NCBI GenBank assembly: GCA_973895155.1
Contig: OZ316894.1
Span: 19,754,805-19,818,804 of the forward strand
Reading direction: 5' to 3'
Length of the DNA: 64,000 nucleotides
Origin: Marsupella aquatica
Lineage: Eukaryota > Plantae > Marchantiophyta
How positions within the stretch are numbered: position 1 is the first letter of the stretch; each line of letters starts with the position of its first letter. A program made the translations under genes and the position numbers. This document shows, piece by piece, positions 23,183 to 37,384 of this stretch. The notes beneath the pieces were generated by a model. That model saw nothing but the letters and a program-made list of their open reading frames with translations, was not told where the DNA came from and did not search any database.

Positions 23183-26100
23183 TATCCTGTTAATAGAGGT
23201 TTTGAGAAAAAGACTTGTTGGGCCCCCTCCAGCTAAAGAAACTCCTTACTAGGCCCATCTTACTAGTAAATGGGGAACAGAACCTAGAATTGGGGTCTAG
23301 TCTTGTAGAGCCCTGCAGGTAATCACACATCAAAATGTAATAAGATACGGCCTGCTCTCATTGATTAAAAGAAAATAACGAGGTATTTTGTAGGGTATTT
23401 TTTAATCTTCTCTCATCTCTATTTTTGTTCAAAGAAAGGATAATCAGGCTAGTCTTATTATGGACTTCCTCCTTATTATGGACTTACTTTTCTACAGTCT
23501 ACTAGAATGAAGCGTTTAGACTGTGACGGGAAGAACTCAAAGTGTATATAGAAAACAAGGATGAGATCGAGACAAACAGAAAATAACAATTTTGCAAGAT
23601 TTTGTCTCATCTTTATTTGCGTTCAACTATTGGGTAACTAGGCATCAGGATAGTAATAATAATCTTCAGAATAGGCGGCAGAGGAGGGGGGTTGAACTTC
23701 ATGGAACCTTACTTGGATACCGAAACTTTTTGTTGATCTACCCGACTACAGTATCTACTTGCATGGCACTTATGTACAAGAATGGGGTGCCTCGATTTGA
23801 CCTCCCCAAGTAAAATCATGAACAAGACTGGCCGACAGTCTTGGACCTATGACAGGAGTTCGTGGAGCTTATGGACAAGATGATTACAAAAAAGTTACAA
23901 AAGTTCATCAAAAAACTGTCCTGGGATACTGTACGATTTGAGTATATCATGCTATAGAAACGAACTACTTGTTCCATGCTATTAAAATGTAGCCAACTAT
24001 TGTAGAGGCAATGACAATGACGAGTAATAAACTCTCATGCTTTGAAAGCTACTGTATATAGTTGATGGACCATTAAAAGTGTTAGTCATGGACCCCATAA
24101 GGATTTGGGTGGGTTTGATTTTGGGTCATCAGTGTTGAGAATCACTCATGGGGTCCATCAAGTAACATTTTGTTTTGAGGGTCCATGCAATACATCTCTC
24201 TTTGAAAGCTGGAATCTGATTCGTGACAAAGGTTGTACAGAACACTAGACACTGGTGCCCAACTGTCCACAGAGGCATCATGGTGGGCTCTGTTGGGACC
24301 TTTTGTCCAGATGTGAGCAAAGAGAATTCTGGACATCTAAACACTTTAACATATAAATTTTCATGGTCTGAAGACTATAATATGTTGTCCTCAGGACATG
24401 TCGTTCTTGGAGGAAGCTTGTCTGGTAATTTGATGATTTGTTTACCCATGAGATGCACCTTAAGGTTTGCAGTGCACATTTCCATACCCAATCCACCATT
24501 TCCCCTTCAGCTAACACACGCTTTGATATCCAGTTGTCAGGCAGGTTTGTGGACCTCCCTAGAGTGCGTGAGTGCCTGGTTCTCTCATTTAAACCCTAAA
24601 CCCTAAGAAGTTCAACTTAGTTAATGTACTTGTTTCACCCATAGAGTACCATACATGTCTTAATGATATGCATTTTTTATAATTATTATTTTAATAATCC
24701 TGGATTATAAATAAATTAAAATAGGTGTGTCTTAGAATGGGCCAACTATATCTATATGTAGAGCCATATTTATTGGCTGAACTTTAGTTGAGTAGATGTG
24801 ATGGGGGCCCAAAAATGGTCCCAAAATATTTTGGTTTGGTTCTAATATTTTGTTCCAATACTTTGGTTCCAATATTTTCCTTCCAATATATTGGTATGCT
24901 ATACTTTGTCTTTTATAACTAGGCCTCATTTTTTGGCATGATGACTTTATCATTGAGGAGAATAAAATATTTTCCCCATAGTCTTGTACATGTGTACATA
25001 TATTACAGTATGAGACAAAAGGAGATAAGAGAGAGCATTTAATATTTTGTTTCTTTCTAGAGAACGTTTATTGCTATTGAATCCTTTTTGTTTCTTCATT
25101 GAGAAAAGTGTTAGTGTTATCTACTTATGTACAGCATCTTTGAAAAAGGGTGAGTTTTTGAGAATTTATATATTTTTTTAATCTTTGGAAACACTTAAAG
25201 GTAAATGAAGGGCAAGGGTGAGTATTTCTTTCGAAAGAATCATACTGAGAATTTATATAATTTTTTAATCTTTGGAAACACTTAAGGTAAATGAAGGGGA
25301 TGGATATAAAAGGGAAGTGTATAATACTCACTAGTTGGTGACTATGAACATGTGATCATAACATATATAGAAAGTTAAGCTTTTGTGACCAAACCCACTT
25401 TGGTCACGGGCCTGCTATGTAGAGCGACTGGGTCAAGGAGGGGAAAGAGTTTTCATGCTTTTCAAAAACCATCTGCTTCCTTTCCTTAAGCTTGTTCCTT
25501 GAAAAGATGAGTTCCGTTTCTTGCAATTTCTTGGTGCATTCGACAAAGGTCAGATGCGGATCTTTTATTTTGGTGAATGTACGCAAAGACAGTACAATCC
25601 ACGAAATTAACTCATTACCGATTTGAGCGGTCTCGTTTTTGTCTCGACAACCCCTGGCTTACACAACCCTTCAAACAACTTTTACACAGGATGAAGGTCA
25701 CGTGTTGAATGTTCGTGTAAAATCTTTTCCCTATCGATATGAATGTAAATCAAATTATTTTCTCCGAATCGAGTTGAATGTCAATTTATCGTCTTTCCAC
25801 CATCAACTGGAATGTTCTGACTCCATTTTCTCACCATTTTTTTCTCGCCGAGCCGAATGTTCTGATCATGATGATGCATTTTTCAGATTCGGTTTTGGCC
25901 AAGGTAACAAGGGACGTATAATTTTAATTGTTAAAATTGCTGAAGTGTAACATTTCAAATCAGATTTCACCGTTTCAATTTCTTTCAGACTAAAATGTTG
26001 TACCATCCATTCCACCTTTCTGAATTTGTTTTCATTCTTGTATCTACTTTATTTATTTGATCATGGGTCGCATTCGCAGCTTATCTAGAGTATTTAACAA

Positions 26101-26828
26101 GTGGAATCAACAACTACTCCCTGGCCTACCCGTGGCATCGTTGCAAGCAAACGACATAGAGGGATAGGGGTTACTTACAGAAACAGAAAACATGAATGTA
26201 GGCAGAGATGAATGGGAAGTACTGCAACTGAAATTGTTTTTTGCAGTCTGTTTTGAAGTCAACTCTTTCAAGAAATTGCTACTCACACAAGTTCACAATC
26301 GGATAGACGAATGAAAAACTGTTGCCGGAGCAGAAGTACTTAGCAGTAGCTGTTCACAAAGGAGCTGTACATATCATTCACAGCAAATTTCTTACTCATG
26401 CGATGATGTTGTAAACGAGTGTTCATATGCATGCGGTATAAGGGTGGAGTTTTTAACCACTGCAGCCAGCTATATGACGATCATCCATATGCACAAGCGA
26501 ATATGTAATAGAAGGGACCGCAACGTTACGATGTTGAAGGGTGTAAAACCTTTTACATTGAAGTGTTCTGAGAGCTTTGTAAAGAGCTTTCCCTCCTCTC
26601 AAGCTAATTCAGTTCCAGAATTCCTCGTCTAACAAACAAATCCCGAAAAAGCGTTCTGGATACTTTGTACAGAGCTTCACTACGCCTCAGGCGCATTTCC
26701 GTTTCAGAATACCTCGTGTATCGAACAAATTGGAGATACAGTGTATAAGTTGAACTTCACTAAGCAATCAATTCAATAGCTGTACATGCGCTCCATAGTC
26801 GCTTCGTGGCGATGAAAGATTTTCCACT

Positions 26829-27374
26829 TCACTTCTTGTCGGGATACTGGTTCAAATTGCTCAGCGTTTCCTTCGTTTTCGACCAGCCATCAGCCACGCT
26901 ACTGGTCACCTGATTCACAAGCGCACGATGAAGAGTTATTGAGCCGGTCAATGATTAAAGTTTTCCCGACATTGAAACTAAAATTCGACAGCCGGCCTTT
27001 CTCTGAGCGTTCCGCAAACAATTTCTACTCCTGCTGCTAGATGTCCACTCCGAACACTGCGCCTCCTCGTCAATATACGTGCAAATTGCTCGACTGCGGA
27101 CATTCTAAAACTGTCAGTAAGTCATAGAAACAGAATTTACCGTTTGATGAGCATTGCCAGCGGCTTCCTTGGCAGTAGCAGCCTTCTCCTTGGCTTGGTC
27201 AGCAAACGATGGGTCATTGCTCTTGTTGGACGCATTCAACTGCGCCTCGGCCTCTTTGTTGGCAGAGTCGAACTCCTCCTGAGCGTGTCCCACTTTCTCA
27301 TCTCCGAACGCCTTCGTCTTGTCGGCGGTTTCCACCACAGTGTGCTTGGTCTCGGCAATCTTATCAGACGACAT
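26829..27374 (-). CDS. Group 3-like LEA protein, 104 aa, 2 exons (paralog of 21101-21798)
   Basis: Exon 1 27374-27141 (MSSDKIAETK…DQAKEKAATAKEAAGNAHQT), phase-0 intron, exon 2 26909-26829 (VTSSVADGWSKTKETLSNLNQYPDKK*). Confidence 0.8.
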
Positions 27375-27596
27375 CTTTCCTTTCCTCCTTCCTCGGAGTA
27401 ATCAACAATTTTGCAATGCGAAGCTGACTAGCACTAGACTCAAAAGCTCCGCTAGAATTCGATTCGACAGGATCAAAAAGCTATGGCAAATGTCTCAGCA
27501 AGCAATTATCTCTCACTAGACTCTGAAGATTGGCAGAATTCGATTCGGCAGAGCAAAAAGTTGTGAATGGCAATGCTTTCGAAAACAGAGGGAGTC

Positions 27597-28009
27597 TATA
27601 TATACTCTACACGAAGAGAGACTCGAAATCGAGCGTAGCCAAAATCTGGCGTTCGAGATCGACAGAAATGGACCGTCCATCTCGACGATAGACGGCCTAG
27701 ATTGAACGAATCATCTACGACGTCGAGTTTTGTGACGAGACATTCGTTCGATTCGCACGAAGAAGAAGATGACTGTTGTTTTCCATCTGAGTACGTTTGT
27801 CAAGTCAGCAAGTGACACGTCCCGAGGTGGCGGTGGCAGGTGTTGGGGCCTGATTGGGAGAGCTGAGTCATCCGGTCTGGTGCACTAGAATAGGGACACG
27901 TATGGAGGGTGAGTTGGAAATCGGAGTGACATTTCGCGGCATTATTCTCTTCTCGCTCTTCCGAGAACATCGCAAGGGCTCCGAAGAAGTGGGGATGTCG
28001 ACACGTGGC
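27597..28009 (-). promoter_or_regulatory. TATA box plus three ABRE elements upstream of the LEA gene
   Basis: TATATATA at 27597-27604; ACGTGTC on the minus strand near 27814 and 27895; GACACGTGGC at 28000-28009. Confidence 0.65.
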
Positions 28010-31000
28010 AGAGTAACTTGTGGGCTGTTGGTTTTGTGGAGCTGAACTAGGGTACTGGAACGTGATGATGGCGGCAAATGTCGTGTGTGTCAAGCGTGGG
28101 CTCGTTGGGCGCTGAGTTCCCAGTGCGGAGGTGTCCTTTCCTTCATCGTGATGAACGTGTAGGGTATTAATTAAAACCCATCGTCCCAAGGGATGTAATT
28201 ATGCTGGTAATACTAATATACAATGTGCACTACTGTAGTATTTAAAAAAAATAACTATATTTATCATGGTATAGAATGAATGTGGTACACACTCTATATG
28301 GCATATTGTTTTATGTGCAGTTTTGAGACCCATGTAATAACGGGTCTCAAATATTTAAGCCTTCTGGATGTTTTATTTTTATTTTTATGGCAATTGACCT
28401 TGTTAGTGTTCACGCAGACTGTGCACAGCGACCGACAATCTGGGGCAGGGGTTTGCAATACTGAGACACCCCAGGGCAGTCTGCATTTGGACTTTCAAGA
28501 CTGTTGGGTGATCCCAAAACGGCCAGGGATACAAGTGCCGAGAGTGCCGACCATATCTATTTTGAAATTTGGTATACACAGTCGCGAAAAACAGCTAAAC
28601 ACCGAAGCCTGGTCTTGTCAACCACCCTCCTGGTTGCCCGTCACTTTTTGGACCATGGCCATTCCAACCACAACGCGGATGCCAGTATTTCACCGCAGCC
28701 TGAATATTTACTCCCTAATCTCTGAGGGAGGTTAGGCGGAGGAGATTACACCTATGGCCTTGTGCAATTTTACTCTGTTTTTGACCTCACAATCCTCTAA
28801 GCAGGTTAATTAGGGGACCTACTGTAAGTTTCATAACCCAACTGAAGGGCTGGCTGCAGTAGGGGATTATGTTTCATAATTATCCCTAGAATAATAAGAG
28901 AAAATTACATGAGGGGTTTATGTATACAGTAAAGTCCTGTTTGCAGGGCATATTATGAGATATAATACCCGCAAAAAAATAGCGCCACTTGAGTTTTTAG
29001 GGGATATTATTGCACACAATGCTCCAAAAACAGGACCTTAGTACACTTCAGGCCTGAGAGATTTTTATTTATTCTAACTTTAGGTCTGATTCAGGTCTTG
29101 CCCCAAGCATTGTGGTCCAGAATTCCATGAAAAATACAGAAGGAAAATTCATGAGGGGCATCCCCAAGGGGGCTATGGGAGCCCTTATATAGAGGGTTAT
29201 TATGGGATATAATAATAATATAGGGGGTTATCGTGGGAATATAGTCATTGAGGGCGGTAAGCTTGAGAGGGGTTACGGATTCACAAGCATAAGCCAGGGT
29301 GTAGTTTTATTCTATTCTTGACCGAGTACTGGTGCCTGAAATTTGATAACCTCCGGACCAGGCTGGCAGGCGGTAATGGCTGATAACCATCCATAGAAAT
29401 AAAGAGAGAAAAGTACACTATGGGTTACTTTACATTTAGAGTTGTTGTCCATTGGGTGCTGAAATTCAATGTTGTTTGTCATAGTGAGCTGCCCAGCTTG
29501 CCCAAAAGATGAAGAACATTTTTTTCAGGTTTGTTTCACAGGGTGACAAATAGGACCTTGTGTGTGTGTGTGTGTGAGAGTGACAAGATGCTAAGAATAT
29601 TTCTTACTAAACTTTATGAAGTCAAATTTTGACTGGTACATTTCCCTAGATTTAAGTATAACCATGAGATCCTAGCTAATTATGGCAAAGTACTGGCAGA
29701 CAAAAAGACCAAAGATTTTTTGCTAAATTGGCAAAAACTTTTCAGAGAGGTGAAATCCAGCGGATTTTTGCAGGGGATTTTGCTGCCAAAATAAACTTTT
29801 CTTGTGAATTAGAACCCAAGAGTAAGTGTGCTCCCTGGCTGTTAGCCGCAAGGGACACCAGAGTCCCTGAGCGTTGGACCCAGAACCCAATGGTTCCAAA
29901 CATTCCATGGATTCCCTATTAAGCTCCCTTATGCGCTAGCCTGATAGTCACAAATTCATTCTCCATCAGTGTTTGCTCCCAAAGATACACGCTATTTTAA
30001 TATGTTTTCAAGATTTGAGAAGTCCTATCCATGCTCAATCCATGGTGTTCATTAGGTCTACATGAAAAGTGGCAATGAGGTATATCCAATGCTACTTAGT
30101 AAAAATCCTGTGGCAGGGGCTGTTATCAAGAGATATCATTGCTCATAGTGCTCAAATCAAATGAGTTACACAAATTAAACTACAGTACACACTCTAATCG
30201 TGTGAAACAGTATACAAATGAACCACACAGATTATCCATGAGATGTAGAAGGAATCACATGTGACTTTTTACATTCACTTTTTACATTCACTTGATAATG
30301 TGACTTTTTACATTCACTTGCATCAAGTGTGCATGTGACAATAAGAATAATAATCATCTTCACACTAGGGTGGAAATTATAGAAATCAAACCCGGCCTAG
30401 TAAATTGCTTTGGGAGAAAAATTGTTCCCAAATTTCTGTAACTGATTTTCATGTCTCGATCAGAACACCTTGCCCACCTTAACATTGGTGTGATGCCATC
30501 AAATGCGAATGGACACACCAATGAATTTTGTACAATAGAAATTATTTTTGTAAAGTTTATGAAGCAGGGAAGGAATCACTACTGGATAATGGATTCATAG
30601 TTAGTAAGATGTTTCTCCCTGTGTTTCCTTTGTATTTTTTTCTGGGTTTTGGAGGGCACAATTCCCTCCACCTTCTCATATAAGGCCCCGACTTCTCCTC
30701 ACATCCAAGACTCTCAGTCCATTGTTCCTCACTAAATCTTGATTCAATCTACTTCCTATAAAGTTCTTTAACCGGGCTTTGATAGGATAGCATTCCCCAC
30801 TACCCTAGCTCTCAGGGCTAGAGCCCACAAGGCTGGGTGATTGATATCCCACATAGCCCTTGGTAAAGAGAATTTTCACTCTAGCTTGGTCCATTGATAT
30901 ATGGAGGGTAAAGTCCTACCATGGTGTCCCTTGCATTATCATATGTACAGAAACCTATAGTGGACACCAGCCACCGCCAATTCAACACAGCTGTACAATA

Positions 31001-31011
31001 GAGCAATGCAA

Positions 31012-34000
31012 CTAGTGCTTTTGTAATCGTAATTGTTCCTGCAAAATTAATGGAATTTGTCTTGGTAAACTTATTTTCTCCCAATGAACTTGAAATCAAA
31101 TCATGGGAAATCTTCATCACATGGAAGTTTATGAAATTGCAAATATGCACTAGAAATCCTCATCAGCATATATTACTCCGCTATATCATGACTAACAGTT
31201 TTCAAGTGTCATAGCGTTAATTTTCATACCCACATAAAGAGCCTGACTCACAATACATGGAAGTGCATTCATCAGGCCAACAACTTCACATACCTCGGTT
31301 ACAAATACTGAGTGAAAGCCATATGGCACTCTTGAGGGCATTTCAATAACTGCAACAGGATCGGATGACATTGTTTTTGCATCAATCACAAGCACCTCAG
31401 ATTTGCTGCAAAAGGTCATGCAATCAAACAGTTCGTCATCAGAAATAAATAACTTTTTGTTGTCAGCAGCCAGTGGCGATCAATATATCTTGGCATGACA
31501 ACTAAAATTGATATTTGGGAAATTAAATCTACTGAGAGACAACTTCCTGACCTATGCAAATGAAGGGACTGTTTGATTGATTTAGAGCAAGGTTGCCTGG
31601 AGGCAGATGAGGGGGGGGGGGGGGGGGTGGTGGTGCGCGGTGACGGGTATGAGAAGCTCTGAACCCAAATTCCAAACATGTAAGGGAAAATGGAAGTGTG
31701 CAAGGTGGCAGGAAGTACAGGGGGTGAGGGAGTGTATGGACGCCGGGTGCAGGGGTACCAAATCCCATGCACTTCCTGGAGCCTCTCTCCTATACTCTCT
31801 GTATTGTATTGGGCCTGACATCTTACATTAATTGCACCATACTCTTTGGAGAGCACTAAATGGCATCTGTGCAAGGGTGAGAAACACGGTTACAGTATCC
31901 CCTTCCCCTTCTGCAACCCATGGAACCTTGTTCTCAAATCTCCACTGTCCCCTGAGCTGTGGGAGGACAAAAGAGTTTTGACTATTTATGGTAACCTGGA
32001 TCCACCAGGTTTTGCTTCAGGGACAATGGCTATTGTGGCTCTCACCCCATGTATGATAGCAATCAGCATAATTTTCCCTCATTTCTTGTTTAGCTAGTTT
32101 GGTAAATGTCAGTCTCTGTAAAGGAGAAGACGCTAGGAATATAACTCCTGTGTTTCCTGAATTACTGATCTCTCTAGATTTAAGGATGTCTACTAGATTC
32201 TGGCGAATGGGGTCTAATGACTAGGTGAGAAACTTGCTAATGGGATACAAACCATTTAGCAAAGTTTTGCCAAAAGTGACAAAAACTTTGTGGGGAGGTG
32301 GAATCTTGCAAACATTTGCATCTAAAAATACACTGATAGATCTAAATCATTGCTGAACCAGTTTGAATGCTATGCACATGCCAGAAATTTAAGGGCTCTC
32401 ATTATCTAGACTCCCCATCCCGTCCTTACTCTAAAGCAGTCTAAATATCAGATTTTGCTCTTACTAGAAGAATTCCAGCCTATAGCTTCATTCTACTGAA
32501 AATATCATGAACAGTAGACTTTGATCACAAATTGCAGCATACTTAGATGTGACTAGCCCAAGTGCCCCATTTTTCGAACATAAATTGAGGTGAGGACATT
32601 CATGCCCATTGAGCTAATAAAGTGACTATCTAGAGGCTTCACTCTAAACTGTAGGTTCTGAAGAGGGGTTTTCGATTGCAATTATGTAGTTAGCGTACTT
32701 GTGTGCTCCTCTGCCCCCAGCTATGGAACCTTGTTCTTAAACTCTCGTTTTGAAGACCCAAGGGATTTCGAAGGATGAAAAACTCACGATGTGTTTTCGT
32801 CAAATACGTGACAGAGAATGTATCCGTCGTCTTCGTCGAAATCCCTTCCAGGATTCCGGGGAACAAACACAGGCTCCGATCCCCAACGCCGATGCCCATT
32901 CCAAAATACACCCGCCACATTCCCTCCTACCTCCAGTTTTTCTTTGCCGAACTCGGGCTCTTTCGTCAAATCGTACTTTGCTATTCCCAATGAGTGAGCT
33001 TGGTTTTGTGACACAGCTGTGTAGACATATCTGTTCTTTCTGCAGAACAGTGGCGAGCTCGGGAGTGTTAATACCTTCCAGTTCTTTGGTCTGTGCGATT
33101 AGTCGGTCTAAATCCAAGTATGAGATTGAGTATCTGTTATTCGGAAGTGCATTCAATTCCAGAGCGACAATGCAGATATCTTTCTGACGCTCGTAGGATT
33201 TCCACATCTCATCATAATGCTGAAACTCAAATTGAAACAGTTGGCAATGAATAGTCTCCTCTCCAAAACTAAACCTTCCATGCAATCGACCCCATATAAT
33301 TTCCATTGGCATGATCTGGCTATAGCTTACCGGCCGAGATAATTCTCGTTAATTCTGGGAAATTCAGCATTAATCTCTCCCAGGCTTCTCTCCGTAGTCT
33401 CTCCTGTCTTCAAGTTGATCCGATACTCATGCCTGTGCATGTTACATAATTAAAGGTCGATTAACAGAAGATTCCGATTTTCAAACCCATAGTGTAGCAC
33501 CTTCGCATCAGATCAACAAGAGAATTGCTTGTGAAAACCGATTGCTATTTGAAGAATGTCGTAATTGGATTAAGCAACAACAGAGATGCCCATATAGAGA
33601 GCTCATGATATTGGCAGCGCTTAGTTTGATTGCAATTCAATCTAAACGAAGTTTTATCAGAGGATCAGCTTCGATACTAATCAATTGTAGACGACCTGTC
33701 ATTGTACTCGAGAATCTGACTCCCACTTTCACCGTAAAAATAAATGATTCACAGTTTCGTCTCTACTTGAGTCAGTGTCATTTGGCAAACTGTTTACAAT
33801 AATTAATGAGGTCTGCGTTTTTATTAAAAAGGACAATCAAGACGTTAAAAGGAATAAGGGAACTCAGTAAAGGAGGGATAGGTTGCTTTACAATCTTGGG
33901 CACGCATCATTGATCCAGAGCATATTCAATTTTTGCATTCGGCATGTCGTTAAAACGATTTCATCTCCTTCTTGCCATCCATTTGCTGCAAGACATGCAC

Positions 34001-37000
34001 AGCGCAGATATTAAAATCTTCAGGAAGAAATTCACTCCCAAGCCTAATATTCCGAGTGATTGAAGAATTGGATGATGCAAATTTTATCTTCAGGAGCAGC
34101 CTATTATCTGGAAGACATTAGCTTCATCACCAAGACTTGAATCTTTGCAAACAAAATAGAGTCATAAGCTTACAGGCAATATGGAAAGAGAGACAGAAAT
34201 TGGGATCAGTGATAGGAATCCTAGCTCACCGATATGGAAATTAACAGCCGAAGTAAACTCAAACCATCGCATCTGAGATTCATCCTTGGCATACTTCGGT
34301 AAGATGCCAAAACGAAAAGGCGTATTTTCATTGTGTATGAATGCAAATTGATCCTTTCTGATCATACCCTGAAAAGATAATGATAAAGAAACCCAAAAGT
34401 TAATAAGCCAATTACAAGATAATGTATAATTATCAAGTTAAGTTCCACGATTGTAAGACTTCGCTTTCCAAGTTCCTAGAAAATTCACATTTCAATTCTG
34501 TTGCAGAAGTTCGGTTAAAGATACGGAAGAGAAGACTCTGTCCAACGAGTGTTTCGGCTGAAGTTAGATACCTCGGGATCGAAGTTTAGAGGGCAATCCA
34601 TGAAGACGACGTAGTCATCAGTAATGGCAAAGTCGTGCACCATTCTTGGTCCTGACAGCGTGATAGGAACGGGATCTCCCATCTTTCCATCTTTTGATAT
34701 AACATTGTATGTTAAATATGGGGGTTTCAGGACGTAGCCGTATGAAAACACCTCCCCTGGTCAAGAAAAAGTTTCATTGAGTTGAGGACCAGTGAGAATG
34801 ACAATCATACAGAATGGACCTGTCGGCTATAATTATTCTAGACTATGAGGAGCCAATTAAACATATCATTACAATGGAAGTCAATCTACAATTCAACCCC
34901 TGTATTAATGTGTTCAAGCGCCAAAACAAACCTGTGTCCGGATCAATTTTCGGGTGTGCTGTGAAGGGATGATCCAGTTTTTTGTCAAAGTCATGGCGTG
35001 AAATAGTCTCGAAGTCACCGTCCTCAAGTATCCGTATAGCATCTGTGAGGAAACAATCAGTTGAGGACCAAACACAAAAGTTAGACAATATCACCGGGAA
35101 TATCACTTATTCTGTGCATAATTCTTGAGGGAATGACTGGAAGGTTTCAGAAATCAGACAAGCTAAGTACCCAAGAAAATAGAAATATCTCAAATGTTAC
35201 AGATCAGGCAATTAACAGTGGGCAGGTTTGTATTTTGATTGATGGTACGTGCAACAGGGCCAATTGGGATGAAATTTCAAGTTTGGCTGTGTAAAAGCGT
35301 AGAGAAGACAGGTACTTGAACTCATACATGGCATATCTGTCTCGCTTAGAGCTAGCAGTGTCCCGTTGTGATACGACAACGAAGTATTTGCTGCACAGAA
35401 TAGAGTCATTCCACAACAACGTTGAGTCCACAAAAACTTCCTGATAGACGTATAGACGAAGTGATGCTTGCAAACAAAATTATACTGACATAACTATAGA
35501 TATTAAAGATCTATATATATATGCCAGCTGATGATTTTCGATTTGCAATCTATTATATTCTCGGAACAGATCGATAGTATGACATTAAGGGTCGAACACT
35601 CACAATCACTTACCAGTGCCTTCTCCCTGAGATGTATCCAACGCACCCAGTTTCTCTCGGAGCGCATATATACCGACAGTAATAAGTGCTTTAAAGCCAA
35701 CCAGATCTCCACTCTGCAAGATTGAAGCAATCAACCGGATTTGAGCAAGTTGATTTTTCAATTATCGATGAATTGAACAGGTTCAAGGGATTTTGGTGGG
35801 CGAAATCGAAGATCCGAGTGTCAAGATTGAGAAGGAGATAGGAACAAACCCTCCTGAACTTCGGAGCACCCCAATACTCCTCCTGCATCAATCGCGATGT
35901 CCTCACATAGCGACAAGCGTATGTCACCTCTCCGTCCTTGATTTTGACGCCATGCAACATTCTGGAATCAAAATATGATCCAAACTAAATACTGAGACAC
36001 AAACATCTTTAAGCATAGACCAAATTGGAATAAGATTGCTGGACGTTTTAGCAGTAGCAGAGACCGTTTAGAAGTAACACAGATGCAACAGAGAAGTGTT
36101 GACTCTCGGACTACATTCCGTCAAGGACTACTGCTTTTGTGATCATGGCTTGAGCTACAAAACTATGGTTGTTCAAATGATAAACATACCCGTCTCCATC
36201 AAACCTGCAGAACACAAAGAAAGAAAAACAGAGTAAATAATCAGGGATTACAAGTTCAACATGTCGGAAAGTATGTGATTGGCACGCAGAACTTATTTTC
36301 CTGTCACCATGAACAAAACAGACTTCCTATCTCGTTAACAAATTAATCTGACAACGTGACGAGCGAAGAAGAGGACACAAACGCATAGAACGAATTGTCG
36401 AACCAGGCCACTATTCAATTATTCCAGTTTTTCGCGAGAATATCATCATCAACGTGTCTACAGAGATCAGTAATTCAAGCGTTCACCCTCTTGAAATTCT
36501 CGCAGTATCTGTTTTGAACGGTAGAATGAATAGTGAGTTAGAGGCCGCGCGTCAATTACCAGTGATATTTCGCCACGGGCATGAGCTTCGGATTTGGTCC
36601 CACTCGAATGAACTCGCCATTCAAACATTCCTGTACGTGAGACACCCTTAGATGGCGCTTCTGGATCTCTCTAATCTTTAATTGGAAGGTAAAATGCGAA
36701 CAATAAACTCCCGAAGAACGGAACGTTTTGGTGGCAGAAAGTTGAATTATTACTCACAGGGAGGTGGCCCTTCACTGTCAGAACACGCTGAGGTGCAGAC
36801 TCCTCCACCGGTGCGTAATTGCCAAGCATATAGAAATTGGTTGGCTTTTCGTAACCATAGCAAGCCCGTAGCATGGCATATTCGAGTGCGTCACAAAATA
36901 GATTCGATACAGAAGCGTAGAAAGGAAACGTGACCTTCTGGCGGTCAACATGCTCCTTGGGTTCAGGCTTAGTAGTGGGCAACTTCAAGGGCTGGAGAAG

Positions 37001-37384
37001 GTCCAGGGTGTGAGTTTTTCTAGAAGCTTCACGCAATTGTCGACCTGCATATATACAATTCTGTTAAATAGTGATTCTACATCCGGACGATCCCCAAAAT
37101 GCATCAAAGACAGCAGGAAAACCATCACATGTAGTTAGAGATCGGAGCAAAGTCTCACCGATAGTTTTCACTACACTAACGGGACCAATTTTCGTAGATT
37201 TCTGTGCACATCTTACGGAGAGTTTTGGCACTTTGGGCGATGGTGTTAATCCATTCGACTGGGTTGTCCCACGGCGATAGAGGAGGAGTTTTCCTTCATC
37301 ACATCGTAGACTTCCAGTGGGGAAATCACCACAAAACGAAGTTGAGGGCAAGCCTGCGACACGGGCAGCTATTGCTCCTGCCAT
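31012..37384 (-). CDS. CCD1: Carotenoid cleavage dioxygenase, CCD1-like, ~15 exons, with plastid-transit-like N-terminus
   Basis: Spliced exons give GNYAPV…[18 protein letters not shown]…HWFDGDGMLHG…ANTSL…[13 protein letters not shown]…MVHDFAIT…[11 protein letters not shown]…NFHIANGW…EFPRINE…GSEPVFVPR…EDDGY…[21 protein letters not shown]. All four Fe-binding His are present. ATG at 37384; last exon 31038-31012. Confidence 0.9.

Noticed and set aside
31611-31627. Poly-G run in a CCD intron giving poly-Pro/Gly ORFs
   Set aside because: Simple homopolymer; the ORFs are artefacts.
31012-37384. NCED/CCD4 assignment for the dioxygenase
   Set aside because: The many introns and motifs such as ECLNGEF.RVGPNP and RVPYGFH..FVTEEQL fit CCD1, not the intron-poor NCED/CCD4.
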